Of a stretch of 27,443 bases of DNA, positions 10,439 to 20,764 are shown piece by piece; position 1 is the stretch's first letter; every line of letters begins with the position of its first letter. Both the position numbers and the translations under genes were made by a program. Below the pieces are notes generated by a model. The model worked only from the letters and a program-made list of their open reading frames with translations. It searched no databases and had not been told where the DNA came from. Source of the stretch: Gammaproteobacteria bacterium (GTDB lineage: Bacteria; Pseudomonadota; Gammaproteobacteria; GCA-001735895); assembly GCA_050298595.1 (NCBI GenBank), contig JBNKUM010000086.1, positions 1 to 27,443 of the forward strand, given 5' to 3'.

Positions 10439-10601
10439 GGTTCGCCTGATCATGAGGCTTTTTTAATCGAATACGCAGTTTTGACAATTGAGACACCTTC
10501 TGAAATCTAAACATAAACTTTTTTAACCTCAGTGATCTCTGTGTACTCGATAACCGCTCCTGCGTTATTCTACTTACGGGCGTCCTGCCCTAATCTGTGG
10601 T
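10415..10601. repeat. Inverted-repeat element (ACCACnGAGnACACAGAG arms) with a 47-bp double-hairpin insert in the right arm
   Basis: Left arm ACCACCGAGGACACAGAG at 10415-10432; right arm CTCTGTGTACTC|TGTGGT is split by 10549-10595. Confidence 0.65.
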
Positions 10602-10611
10602 AAGAAAGCTC

Positions 10612-12450
10612 TTAATTAATGAAAAGACTATCCCAGGCATCCCTGGCCTGTGGATACTGAAGCAATGCTTGAAGAATCTGCTCACGTCGCTGATCGCGAT
10701 GAGACCGTGACTGAATCAATCGATACGCCCTGGAGTCTTCACCAAAGTTATGCCTGACATTACAGCAGAATTGATCTAGCTGTTGCAGTGCATTGGCGGC
10801 TTGCTGATTTGTTTGCCACCAATGCTTTTTATCAGTAAGCATTTCTTCAAGACCTGTCACCCGCTCCAATACCTCCGCATGCTTTTCCCGATAGCGAACC
10901 AGCATTTCCTGTTCTATACGATGCAGGGTTTGCTCAATCAACTGCTGATCAGGGTTGTTACGCAGGTCAGTTTTTGTCACCAGCTCTGCCACGCTGAACA
11001 ACATCAGGTCTCCAAAAAACTGACGCTCAAATTCGTCGCTTAAATCTATATGCTTTGCTGTTGCTTCAACCCCGGGACGAAAATTCTTTTCATCACCCGG
11101 CAGGGTTCGTGTATGCAGCATGGGTAGATTTACCGTTGCAAAGCGCCCACCAATTTCAGCCTGTACCAGCCTACCAGCCGTTGGGCCAGACATTCTTAGA
11201 CGTAAATACCCGAAAGGGATAATGTTTTTCAAACCCTCGTAATTAATGATGTAATTGCCCGGGTAAATCGTTCGGGCTGGTGACAACTGCATAAATGAAC
11301 CGTCATATTTAAAATGCGTTTTACGCGTCGGATGTTGACCCGAAAAAAAACAGTTTAACTGCGAAGCCAAACTATTCAGGCATTGTAGATTATGGTGACT
11401 ACCCGTTAATGGGCAGGGATAATCGTAGCCCTCTTCCCGGTTTTTAAAGCCAAATAGTGTAGACATATCATGGTAGGCAGCATCATGCCCCAGGCTGAAA
11501 TCACTCTGATGAAATGCACAAGCAGACTGAGGGTCCAGTGTTGAGAGCTGGTCGATAAATCGAGAAACATCCAGTAAAAAGTTGGATGTCATCACCGCCG
11601 GTGAAACAGGTGGATCTCCGACCAGTTTTCCGGTCAGCATGATCGTATCGGTTTTCTGGAAAATCCGGTTAATAGCATAAAAATAGTTCAACGCAGGTAC
11701 AACACGCTCACCCTGTTGCGTTACGATATTCACCTGAAATGTCTGATCACTGTCGACAGGGAAAAACAGGGTACGCTCAGGATCATTAGCCATCTGTAAC
11801 ATTTTTAGATAACTCAGGTTTCGCATAGCAGCCTGCCCCTTACGATAAAATACTTCTGGCCCCTGTGTAGTCAGTATAGATCCGAGATGCTGTCGTTTTT
11901 TCTCCGGCAATTCCTGTAACATTTGATACTGTTCATATTGACCAAAGTGAATCACTCGCAACCCTTTTTTACAGTAAGCTTCTGCAAGCTCTATATCCTG
12001 CTGAATATTTTCCTGCTCACGACTGTCCTCCGCTACCACAACCCGAATTTTGCGATAACTATTACCATCCACTCCGCCATAGCCATAAAGTTCGCACTGC
12101 TGATAGATGCTCTCCAGGCAGGCACTTAAATGCTCGGGCCGATCAGCAATAGGAATAGTTAGAATAAACTCGTATCTATCGTCTTCATCTGAAAGTTGTA
12201 GCAAGGCTTCCTGCTCACGAAACAGTGACTGATATAAATCCAGCAAACGATCAAAGTCATAGGATTGCCACAGCTGCCTTTCCAGCTCTGGGTAAACCTG
12301 ATCATAAAGTGCTATCAACTGTTGCAGAGGCTCAAGATCATTTATTGATTTCAATTGTCGATACTGATGCCGAATAGCTTCCACTGATGCTTGATCAGCA
12401 GCAAGCTGTAGCAGGTAATATTCCAGCTTAGCTGTTACCACCTTATGCAC
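10612..12450 (-). CDS. Hypothetical protein with GT-A (family 2-like) glycosyltransferase motifs
   Basis: ILTIPIADRPEHLSACLESI, VVVAEDS, KGQAAMRNLS, FFPVDSD (DxD); helical N- and C-terminal extensions. Confidence 0.6.
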   Translation of the reverse strand: MHKVVTAKLEYYLLQLAADQASVEAIRHQYRQLKSINDLEPLQQLIALYDQVYPELERQLWQSYDFDRLLDLYQSLFREQEALLQLSDEDDRYEFILTIPIADRPEHLSACLESIYQQCELYGYGGVDGNSYRKIRVVVAEDSREQENIQQDIELAEAYCKKGLRVIHFGQYEQYQMLQELPEKKRQHLGSILTTQGPEVFYRKGQAAMRNLSYLKMLQMANDPERTLFFPVDSDQTFQVNIVTQQGERVVPALNYFYAINRIFQKTDTIMLTGKLVGDPPVSPAVMTSNFLLDVSRFIDQLSTLDPQSACAFHQSDFSLGHDAAYHDMSTLFGFKNREEGYDYPCPLTGSHHNLQCLNSLASQLNCFFSGQHPTRKTHFKYDGSFMQLSPARTIYPGNYIINYEGLKNIIPFGYLRLRMSGPTAGRLVQAEIGGRFATVNLPMLHTRTLPGDEKNFRPGVEATAKHIDLSDEFERQFFGDLMLFSVAELVTKTDLRNNPDQQLIEQTLHRIEQEMLVRYREKHAEVLERVTGLEEMLTDKKHWWQTNQQAANALQQLDQFCCNVRHNFGEDSRAYRLIQSRSHRDQRREQILQALLQYPQARDAWDSLFIN

Positions 12451-12455
12451 AGAGT

Positions 12456-14129
12456 TTATCTCCGCGAGGAGTAGTTGGGGTAGGCATCCCGATCAATAAT
12501 CAATTCGATGAGATTGATACCGTGATAAAAATCGATCTGATTAAAACTGTCCAGACATTCCTGCTCCGATTCAAGTTTGAAATAATTGATACCAAAAGAT
12601 TTCGCCATCAGAGAAAAATCAGGATTTTGAAAATCACAGTCCAACAGATGCTCTTCGTATAACTGATGCTGGTTTTTACGGATCAGGCCCAGTGTTTGAT
12701 TATTGATCAAAACAATATTTAGCGAAATACCATAATTCACCGCTGTCATGATTTCCATGCCGCACATTTGAAACCCGCCATCTCCCAGAATAGCAAACAA
12801 TGGCTTATCTACCTTAAACCCGGCTCCTATAGCTGCGGGTATTGCATGACCTAGTGATGACACGCCTGTATTGGGAAAGAATAGATCGTTATCACCCACT
12901 CGATAAAAGTTTTGCGCGAAGATCATATTATCGTCAAACATGACCAGTCCCTCAGGGAAACCTTCATCCAGCAATCTATAAAAGGCTTTTATCAGATCAA
13001 ATTTAACATCGAATATTTCCATCGAGTCTTCTTTAGCCAGATCATTGATCTGTTTTCTAAAGGCATTTAAGTCCGGTAATGATTTAGCTGCAATAGCGCG
13101 GGATTGACAGGTTTTATCCAGTGCCTGCAAGTAGACCTTTAAATCAGACTGAATGGCAAGGTCTGCTTTAAGCACCTTTTCAAGCTGTTGTGCATTTTGA
13201 TCGACCTGAATAATTTTCCGGTCAACGGTCAAATCTGTATTCCATACATAGCTGGTTCGTTCGTTAAAACCAGCGCCCAGTAAAATAATCAAATCCGCTT
13301 TTTCTTTAATATATTGCAAAGCATAACCGCTGGAAGTTACACCTAGACTACCGAGCGACAATGGCGAACGCTCATCTATGGCACCTTTTCCTTTAAGACT
13401 GGTTGTTACAGGAATATTAAGATTCTGGCTCAGGTTTTTTAACGCCTCTCGTGCATCCTTTGACTGCAGGCAGCCGAATCCGACCACCAGTACTGGATAC
13501 CTGGACTGACGTATAAACTCAACGCTCTCATCAACGTCGCAATGAGAAATATGTCTTTTAGGTGGATGTGTAAAGTTCGGTAATTGATCGAGGATGCTGG
13601 CATCCACCGTTTCAGTCTGCACATTAAAGGGAATACTTAATACCACCGGGCCCGGGCTTTCTGCCAGTAATTGCCTGGCCGCCTGGTTCAGCACATTAGC
13701 CAAATAATCGGTACGCTCAATCAGTTTGTGATAGCGGGTTACCCCCGAAAAAAGAGCCGTCTGATCTACACTGCCTCCTTCACCAGAACTTTCCTGAAGC
13801 CCCCCTCTGCCAAAGATATGTGTGGGTGCTTCTCCAGTTATCGCTATAACAGGTTGCTTATCAGCATAGGCGTTGGCTATCCCGGTAATCAGGTTACTGG
13901 CACCCGGCCCCGCAGTAGCAATACAGGCACCTATGCCGCCCGTTGCACGAGCATAGCCACCCGCCATAAAGGCGGCCCCTTGCTCGTGTTTAGCCAGCAC
14001 AGATTTTATTTTTGAATGATAGAGATGATCGTAAACCGGCAGAATATGCGCACCCGGCATACCGAAGATGGTGTCTATGCCCAGGTTTTCTAGAAACCGG
14101 ACGATAAGTTCACTAACCTGTATATCCAT
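12456..14129 (-). CDS. Thiamine diphosphate-dependent enzyme (acetolactate synthase-like superfamily)
   Basis: FGMPGAH, KHEQGAAFMAGGYAR (catalytic Glu), TAGPGASN, ThDP motif GDGGFQM...INNQTLG. Confidence 0.92.
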   Translation of the reverse strand: MDIQVSELIVRFLENLGIDTIFGMPGAHILPVYDHLYHSKIKSVLAKHEQGAAFMAGGYARATGGIGACIATAGPGASNLITGIANAYADKQPVIAITGEAPTHIFGRGGLQESSGEGGSVDQTALFSGVTRYHKLIERTDYLANVLNQAARQLLAESPGPVVLSIPFNVQTETVDASILDQLPNFTHPPKRHISHCDVDESVEFIRQSRYPVLVVGFGCLQSKDAREALKNLSQNLNIPVTTSLKGKGAIDERSPLSLGSLGVTSSGYALQYIKEKADLIILLGAGFNERTSYVWNTDLTVDRKIIQVDQNAQQLEKVLKADLAIQSDLKVYLQALDKTCQSRAIAAKSLPDLNAFRKQINDLAKEDSMEIFDVKFDLIKAFYRLLDEGFPEGLVMFDDNMIFAQNFYRVGDNDLFFPNTGVSSLGHAIPAAIGAGFKVDKPLFAILGDGGFQMCGMEIMTAVNYGISLNIVLINNQTLGLIRKNQHQLYEEHLLDCDFQNPDFSLMAKSFGINYFKLESEQECLDSFNQIDFYHGINLIELIIDRDAYPNYSSRR

Positions 14130-14363
14130 AGACCTGTTCGGGTAAGCGGTTCACCCAAGTAAGAAACCATCGAAGCATAGCTTTACCCCTGATTGATTGG
14201 AACCTAATTTGTCAAAATATCCATACAAATCATAGATGCTCCTATAAAATAAACCAATCTTTAAATCACTGGTCACAAAACCTATTGATTTAGCAAGTAT
14301 CCACACAGGAGCGACTCACTTCATGATAAGCATAGTAATCAGGCTCTCTTGCAGAGCCAGAAC

Positions 14364-15212
14364 ATGAACACTCCAGCAACTCTTAATCTGGGCGAATTTG
14401 ATTCTCCCGTTCTGATTTTTGGTGGTCCCTATAGTAACCAGAGCGCCACGCGGGCGATGTTGACACAAGCACAAAAGCTATCAATACCCCCAGATCGCAC
14501 AATCTGCACCGGCGATGTCGTTGCCTACGCAGCAGAGCCAGAACAGACCTGTCAGTTAATTAAAAATTCTGGCATTCATGTTTTGATGGGGAATTGTGAA
14601 GAATCACTGGCAGAAAATCGCAACGACTGCGGCTGTGGATTTGAAGAAGGTATGCTGTGCTCAACCCTTTCTGAAAACTGGTATCACTATGCGCAGAAAA
14701 AGGTTAGCGACCCAACACGCCAATGGATGAAAACCTTGCCCAGAACCATTCGTTTCTCAATAGCCGGACAGAGCTGTTGTGTCATCCACGGTGGCATTAA
14801 TCAGATCAATCAATTTATCTATGCCTCAAGCGACTGTGAAATTAAACGTCAGCAACTGCTTCAGGCCAACGCCAATATTATGATTGGAGGGCATTGCGGT
14901 TTACCCTTCGGACAGCAAATCGATGACAGGCTGTGGTTAAATGCCGGGGTCATTGGAATGCCTGCAAACGATGGTACTGTAGATGGCTGGTATATGTTAA
15001 TAGAGCCTGTGCAGGTAGGTATCAAAGTGAGCTGGAACCGACTGAGCTATGACTATCTTGACTGTTACCTGAAAATGAAGACAGTTGGCTTAAAAGACTA
15101 TGCTGACACCATTACAAGTGGATTGTGGCCCAGCATGGATGTATTACCTGATGATGAACGTCATCAGCAGGGAAATCGACTTCAATTTGAGCCAATTTAT
15201 TTTCCAGGCTGA
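14364..15212 (+). CDS. Calcineurin-like metallophosphoesterase family protein with non-canonical Cys-rich motifs
   Basis: FGGPYSN, CTGDVVAY, GNCEES, DCGCGF, IHGG, GGHCGLP, NAGVIGMP. ATG 14364 preferred over TTG 14349. Confidence 0.8.
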   Translation: MNTPATLNLGEFDSPVLIFGGPYSNQSATRAMLTQAQKLSIPPDRTICTGDVVAYAAEPEQTCQLIKNSGIHVLMGNCEESLAENRNDCGCGFEEGMLCSTLSENWYHYAQKKVSDPTRQWMKTLPRTIRFSIAGQSCCVIHGGINQINQFIYASSDCEIKRQQLLQANANIMIGGHCGLPFGQQIDDRLWLNAGVIGMPANDGTVDGWYMLIEPVQVGIKVSWNRLSYDYLDCYLKMKTVGLKDYADTITSGLWPSMDVLPDDERHQQGNRLQFEPIYFPG

Positions 15213-15458
15213 ATCTTCCCCTTAATTAATGTCAATACTAAGTATTTATTAGTTTCAGCCTTAATATTGACTCTATCATTATCCTGCACCTTCATTAAAT
15301 TTCGAAACCACATTAATTTTCTTTAAATTCAATCATTTAAATCAATTAAAGAATTAAATCCAGCCATCTTAATATTTCACAAAAAAACTCAAAGCATCAG
15401 GTTAAAGCCTTTAATATCGGCACTGCGCTTTAATAAACTCTGGTTTATTGATATGAGC

Positions 15459-15486
15459 TTGCCCCTCTACCACCAATAACTATAAT
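15459..15486 (+). promoter_or_regulatory. Putative sigma70 promoter of hppA
   Basis: TTGCCC-N16-TATAAT, about 170 bp upstream of the ATG. Confidence 0.5.
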
Positions 15487-15654
15487 CGATGCGCCAATCG
15501 ATTTCTCTTATAGCTAATGACCTTCGAAAAACGTCCCGAAGCAAATAAATAGAGAGCACTTTCCGGCATTTACTTTTTAAACCGAAGCCTCATACAACAG
15601 CAGTATGTAGATTCAGATTTTTTAATTTATGCATTAACAAAGAGGATTTTTTAC

Positions 15655-17655
15655 ATGAGTCACCTTATACCACCAGCACTCGGAATACTGGGACTGGTAA
15701 CTGCATTTTTTATTTTTCGGATAATTATGCGCTACAGCGAAGGCGAGGAAAAAATCGCCAAAATTGGGCATGAGATCCATGTCGGGGCTATGGTTTTCAT
15801 GGCTCGTGAATATAAAATGCTTTCTCTATTTTCATTAGCATTAATCATCATTTTATGGGCATTGCTAGGTCATCTTACTGCTATTTCATTTATCGTCGGC
15901 GCGGCCTCTTCAGGTATTGCTGGTTTTATTGGCATGTACACAGCAACCAGGGCCAACGTACGTACAACCACCGCTGCGCATGAAGACGGCCCTGCTCAGG
16001 CCCTCACCGTGGCTTTTTTTGGCGGCTCCATCATGGGTCTGGCTGTCGCATCACTAGGTTTAATTGGTCTCGGTACTCTATATTATTTTCTCGCTGGTGA
16101 CCTGCATGGCATACACGCTATAGAAGGATTTGGTATGGGCGCCTCTACTGTGGCTCTATTTTCTCGCGTAGGTGGTGGTATCTTTACCAAATCAGCTGAC
16201 GTAGGTGCTGATCTGGTGGGTAAGATTGAAGCAGGCATCCCAGAGGATGACCCAAGAAACCCCGGCGTAATCGCTGATAACGTGGGTGACAACGTAGGTG
16301 ATGTTGCCGGTATGGGTTCAGATATTTTTGAATCTTATTGTGGAGCGATGATCGCCACCATTGCCATGGCTGCTACCATGTCAGCAGCCGCTATCGACTT
16401 ACTGGGTGGGAATCAGGAAAACCTGATGTTTCTACCACTGGCACTCTCTTCACTCGGAATCATTTGCTCTATGATTGGCATATTCATAGTTAAAAAGTTT
16501 TCCTCCAAAGCACCCGAGGTAGCTTTACGCTCTGGCACCATTGGTGCAACCATTATCTTTATCATCACTGCATTATTGCTAGTGACTTCTATGGATATCA
16601 CCTGGAAGGTTTGGGCAGCGGTATTGAGTGGCGCTGTTGGCGGCATGATCATCGGCCTGGTTACCGAGTACTACACTGCGGGAAAACCAGTGCAAACTAT
16701 AGCTGCAGCGGGCGATACCGGCCCTGCTACCGTCATGATTAGCGGACTGGCTATAGGCATGGAATCGGTTGTTATACCTATAATATCTATCTGCGGCATT
16801 ATCTGGGTTTCTACCGAACTGGCAGGTCTTTATGGCGTAGGTATTGCTGCGGTGGGTATGTTATCCACCGTCGGTATTACTATGGCTATCGATGCCTACG
16901 GCCCGGTTGCAGATAACGCCGGCGGTATCGCTGAAATGGGCGGACTAGGTGAAGAAACGCGCAAGATTACAGATTCACTGGATGAACTGGGTAATACCAC
17001 TGCGGCTATAGGTAAAGGTTTTGCCATCGGTGCTGCGGCGCTGGCGGCACTGGCAATCATCTCTGCCTTTGGACAAACCGTTATGGTCCACAATCCAGAT
17101 TTTTCGCTTCAACTGTCATCCCCCTCTGTTTTGATTGGAATGTTTATCGGTGGACTGATTCCCTTCCTGATTGCTTCTATCACCATGAATGCAGTGGGTG
17201 ATGCAGCATTCGACATGATTAAGGAAATCCGTCGCCAATTCCGTGAAATTCCAGGATTACTGGAAGGCACTGCTGACCCAGATACAGCCAAGTGTGTTGA
17301 TATCGCCACTACAGCCGCGCTCAAGCGAATGATTATTCCGGGTATTATCGCAGTCGGCATGCCTTTTCTGGTGGGTTTTGGCCTTGGGCCAGAAAGTCTG
17401 GGTGGCATGTTAGGCGGCGCGCTGTTAGCCTGTGTGCTACTGGCACTGACCATGGCAAATGCCGGTGGTGCCTGGGATAACGCCAAGAAATACATTGAAA
17501 AAGGCAATCATGGCGGTAAGGGATCAAACAGTCATAAAGCAGCGGTCGTAGGAGATACCGTAGGCGACCCCTTCAAGGATACCTCCGGACCCGCAATGAA
17601 CATTCTGATCAACGTCATGGCAATTGTTAGTCTTGTAATTGCACCATTACTATAG
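15655..17655 (+). CDS. hppA: Membrane-bound K+-dependent (probably Na+-translocating) pyrophosphatase
   Basis: [48 protein letters not shown] (Ala = K+-dependent type), [14 protein letters not shown]. Confidence 0.96.
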   Translation: MSHLIPPALGILGLVTAFFIFRIIMRYSEGEEKIAKIGHEIHVGAMVFMAREYKMLSLFSLALIIILWALLGHLTAISFIVGAASSGIAGFIGMYTATRANVRTTTAAHEDGPAQALTVAFFGGSIMGLAVASLGLIGLGTLYYFLAGDLHGIHAIEGFGMGASTVALFSRVGGGIFTKSADVGADLVGKIEAGIPEDDPRNPGVIADNVGDNVGDVAGMGSDIFESYCGAMIATIAMAATMSAAAIDLLGGNQENLMFLPLALSSLGIICSMIGIFIVKKFSSKAPEVALRSGTIGATIIFIITALLLVTSMDITWKVWAAVLSGAVGGMIIGLVTEYYTAGKPVQTIAAAGDTGPATVMISGLAIGMESVVIPIISICGIIWVSTELAGLYGVGIAAVGMLSTVGITMAIDAYGPVADNAGGIAEMGGLGEETRKITDSLDELGNTTAAIGKGFAIGAAALAALAIISAFGQTVMVHNPDFSLQLSSPSVLIGMFIGGLIPFLIASITMNAVGDAAFDMIKEIRRQFREIPGLLEGTADPDTAKCVDIATTAALKRMIIPGIIAVGMPFLVGFGLGPESLGGMLGGALLACVLLALTMANAGGAWDNAKKYIEKGNHGGKGSNSHKAAVVGDTVGDPFKDTSGPAMNILINVMAIVSLVIAPLL

Positions 17656-17665
17656 GAGAAAGGCT

Positions 17666-17983
17666 ATGAAAACATTTTTACTTTTTACCGGAACCGGCCC
17701 CCTACTGGTACTCAGCTCGCACTCATCGGTTGAAGATAGAGTATTCCTGGAGAAACTGGCTGCTAAAGGAATTTTCAAATTTATTGCGCATGAAATACCG
17801 CTCGATGTGGTTAAGGAACGCTACGGCAATCATTACAACATAGCATCTCAGGATCTGCATGAAACCGATGATCTTCGGGTCATTGATTTCGATGGACAAC
17901 GAGCCATGAGACTCATCAAGTTTTCAGAATATGGGCCAGAGTATATGCACGAACCTGATGTGGAATACGAGAAAGACCTGTAA
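17666..17983 (+). CDS. Hypothetical cytosolic protein (105 aa), probably co-transcribed with hppA
   Basis: ATG at 17666 follows GGAGAAAGG, which overlaps the hppA stop; a terminator follows. Confidence 0.8.
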   Translation: MKTFLLFTGTGPLLVLSSHSSVEDRVFLEKLAAKGIFKFIAHEIPLDVVKERYGNHYNIASQDLHETDDLRVIDFDGQRAMRLIKFSEYGPEYMHEPDVEYEKDL

Positions 17984-17990
17984 CCATAAC

Positions 17991-18012
17991 GCCCCTCTTT
18001 GGAGGGGCTTTT
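17991..18012 (+). terminator. Rho-independent terminator
   Basis: GCCCCTC-tttg-GAGGGGC-TTTT. Confidence 0.85.
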
Positions 18013-18124
18013 TCCGCCCCTAATACACACGGATCCAACGGAACTAACCACATCATAATAATCAGCTATAATGCGCTGGATTATTTTCAGCGATAAACCA
18101 TAAGGGACTTTCTCAAAAATAGAA

Positions 18125-18273
18125 CTCCAGCATTCTGTAAGATAGCGGTCATTCAAGAAATTGATGTGTATGGCCTCTATCACCAACCTGCCAATTGCAC
18201 CGCACAATACGAATGTCTGCTTTAAGGAAAAGGAGCCATTCACATTCCGACCTTCAATGACTACTATCGACCC
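18125..18273 (+). repeat. Cluster of degenerate ~30-bp palindromes at ~44-bp period (cluster 1)
   Basis: Units start near 18125, 18169, 18212 and 18256, for example GATAGCGGTCATT, AATGTCTGCTTTAAGGAAAAGGAGCCATT, AATGACTACTATCGACCC. Confidence 0.65.
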
Positions 18274-18441
18274 AGGCTGTGTGAAAACTATTTTCCAATT
18301 TTTCAAGTGGAATATGCGGGCTTATATAGGATCAATTTTGTGTGATTTGTAGTAATTGAGTTCTAAATAATCCTGAAAAATTACCCCGTAGTGGGAAATG
18401 TTTTTGGTGTCATCAAATTGAAGCGAGTTTTCACACAGCCT
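18274..18441 (+). mobile_element. MITE copy 1 (168 bp), IS1182-like terminal inverted repeats
   Basis: AGGCTGTGTGAAAACT ... AGTTTTCACACAGCCT; non-coding; second copy at 21716-21882. The family assignment rests on recalled IR resemblance. Confidence 0.88.
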
Positions 18442-18506
18442 GTTGATAAAGCAGCCGTTTGCGTTGTGCTATGCAAAAAGGTGATTTGCTACCAGGAGCG
18501 GTCGTT
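18442..18506 (-). repeat. Palindrome-family units in reverse orientation
   Basis: Reverse complement AACGACCGCTCCTGGTAGC...TTGCATAGCAC...AACGGCTGCTTT aligns with 23159-23220. Confidence 0.7.
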
Positions 18507-18980
18507 TCCTTCAGATTTATGGAAACTACAAAAGTAAGAGCAAGCTAATCATGGAGTGATTCTTTATCTTTACTGAGCCTGTTTATTCGCTATTTATTTA
18601 AAGGGATAATTTATATGGCAAAATTAGCCTCTTAAGCCCTGAAAATAGCCTGTTTTAGTATTGAATTTAAATATAGTCAATAGCTTGCGTAGGTCAGACC
18701 CTGTCTACAGCTTATGAATGTAGACTGGATTTACTGTCGTATTGGGTGGGATACTGAAAGTCTGTTGCTGGCTCAATATGCCGGGATGTTGCGTTTATTC
18801 TTCATTATACCTATACGAGTATTATTAACCGAGCGACTGGAATATAATCATAAACATATAATCAGCGCCAAAAGTTATTTTTATACTATTCTCTTAGAAT
18901 AATAGTGTTCGCCTGCTCGATCTATAAATAATTTTAATCCAAATCCGGAATATCCGGGCCCACTCGTGGTGAGGAAGGTT

Positions 18981-20522
18981 ATGTTCAGAAGCATCAAGTT
19001 TCAGTTTATCGCTCAAATTATCCTGGTCGTTACTTTAATTCTGATAGTTTTTGGTTATTTCAACTACTCAAGCTTCAGAGACGGCTTAATCAATGATCTC
19101 AATGATTCGGTAAACGCCGCGCTTGGACGTATGCAATTAAGTCTGCCGGGACCAATCTGGAATTACAACGCAGGCTCTCTACAAGCCAACATTAAATCAG
19201 AACTGACTGCGAATGTGATCGCCGCTATCCAGGTGACCGGATCCGATGGGAAGACTTTGGCCTGGTTTGGTAAGGAAGGTGTCGATGAGAATGGTAAAGC
19301 GGTTTTTATCGAAATCGACTCAGCGCCGGAAACAACCACAAATACTTCTGAAGCAGAGCTAGTCTATATCGAATATGGAGAGAAAAACGCTGTCGGGATG
19401 GTGACCGTGTACGCCAACATGAATATCATCAAGCCTCGATTGCATACTCTTTTGATGCAACAAGTAGCGATGATTGTAGTGCTGGATGCCAGCATTACCC
19501 TGCTGATACTTGTGGTGTTAAATCGAACAATGCTCAGGCCCATCAAGGTAATTTCTGATGCGATTCAGGAAATTGCCACGGGTGAAGGTGATCTTACCCA
19601 GCAGCTTGATTTACCGCCCGGAAAGGAATTGGACCGTTTAACCAACGGTGTCAACACCTTTATAAATTCTCTCAAGGATATCGTTTCCAGCATTAGTACA
19701 GCTGCGTTGGAATTGCAGAATAAATCAAACGAAAGTCGTGAGAAGGCTATAGAAACTTCGCAACATCTAGTTGGACAGCAATCCCAGATTCAGATGATGG
19801 CGACAGCCACTACGGAGATGACCGCATCTATTTTAGACGTCGCCAATAGCGCGACCGAGGCCTCGAATGATGCTGAAGTAGCCATGAAAAAAAGCGCCCA
19901 GGGCAAGTCGATAGTCGGTACTGTTGTTCGCGATATTGATTCTCTTGCGAAAGAAATTGGCACAGTTACCAGCCAGGCATCTCAACTGATTTCAGAAGGC
20001 AAGAACATAAGCCAGGTGCTGGAGGTCATTAAAACGATTTCCGAACAAACCAATCTGCTTGCCTTAAATGCAGCGATTGAAGCCGCAAGAGCAGGAGAAG
20101 CAGGGCGTGGATTTGCGGTCGTGGCGGACGAAGTGCGTAATTTGGCGGTAAAAACCAGTCAATCTACGGATGAGATTCAAAGTAGCATTGAAACCTTGCA
20201 GAGCGTAAGCGATGCCGTAGAAAAAGGTGTGGCCTCACTGGCTGAACGTACTCAGGTAGGCGTGGAAAGAGTGAGCAAAGCTGGCGACGCGATAGAGGAA
20301 ATTAATATCGCAATCCAGGATTTGACAGAAAAGAACCTCAGCATCTCTACCGCGGCCGAAGAGCAGACTCGAGTTATCACTGAAATTAACCAGAATATTG
20401 TAGAAGTATCCGATGTTGCGAATTCTTTATCCAGGAACGCCACTGATACTGCAGGTCGTGCTGAGGATGTCAGCAAGCTAGCAGGAAAAGTTATTGGAAG
20501 ATTATCGAAATTCAAAACTTGA
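18981..20522 (+). CDS. Methyl-accepting chemotaxis protein (TM-periplasmic-TM-HAMP-signalling)
   Basis: Two TM helices, HAMP ([12 protein letters not shown]...ELDRL), [40 protein letters not shown] 18981 follows GAGGAAGG. Confidence 0.95.
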   Translation: MFRSIKFQFIAQIILVVTLILIVFGYFNYSSFRDGLINDLNDSVNAALGRMQLSLPGPIWNYNAGSLQANIKSELTANVIAAIQVTGSDGKTLAWFGKEGVDENGKAVFIEIDSAPETTTNTSEAELVYIEYGEKNAVGMVTVYANMNIIKPRLHTLLMQQVAMIVVLDASITLLILVVLNRTMLRPIKVISDAIQEIATGEGDLTQQLDLPPGKELDRLTNGVNTFINSLKDIVSSISTAALELQNKSNESREKAIETSQHLVGQQSQIQMMATATTEMTASILDVANSATEASNDAEVAMKKSAQGKSIVGTVVRDIDSLAKEIGTVTSQASQLISEGKNISQVLEVIKTISEQTNLLALNAAIEAARAGEAGRGFAVVADEVRNLAVKTSQSTDEIQSSIETLQSVSDAVEKGVASLAERTQVGVERVSKAGDAIEEINIAIQDLTEKNLSISTAAEEQTRVITEINQNIVEVSDVANSLSRNATDTAGRAEDVSKLAGKVIGRLSKFKT

Positions 20523-20764
20523 AGATGAAGTCTGGAGTGCAGGATTTTGATATTGAAAGCGCTCAAATAACTGTTAACAGCGTTTAATCTACATGATTTC
20601 TTCATAGTAGCAGGAGCTAAAAGAATACGAGGATGTTTTCGGCGATTGGCAGTTATTTACACTAATACAAAAATGTTCCGTTGTTCCGTGCTCTGGTAAG
20701 TCTGACTGATGCTTTCAGGGCTTTTATAACTCAAAAGTAAAAATTACTACAGAGAGGTAATTAT

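Noticed and set aside
12456-14129. Calling this gene ilvB/ilvI
   Set aside because: No small subunit or ilv context, and the sequence is divergent; only the superfamily is supported.
18125-18273. Palindrome clusters read as a CRISPR or guide-RNA array
   Set aside because: Units are highly degenerate, linkers are only about 14 bp and recur between clusters, and no effector gene is nearby.
17848-18352. ORFs 17848-18306 (-) and 18161-18352 (+)
   Set aside because: They run across a terminator, the repeat cluster and a MITE, and one overlaps a better-supported gene.
18714-18902. 62-aa ORF upstream of the MCP
   Set aside because: No clear RBS or recognisable motif; more likely promoter DNA.
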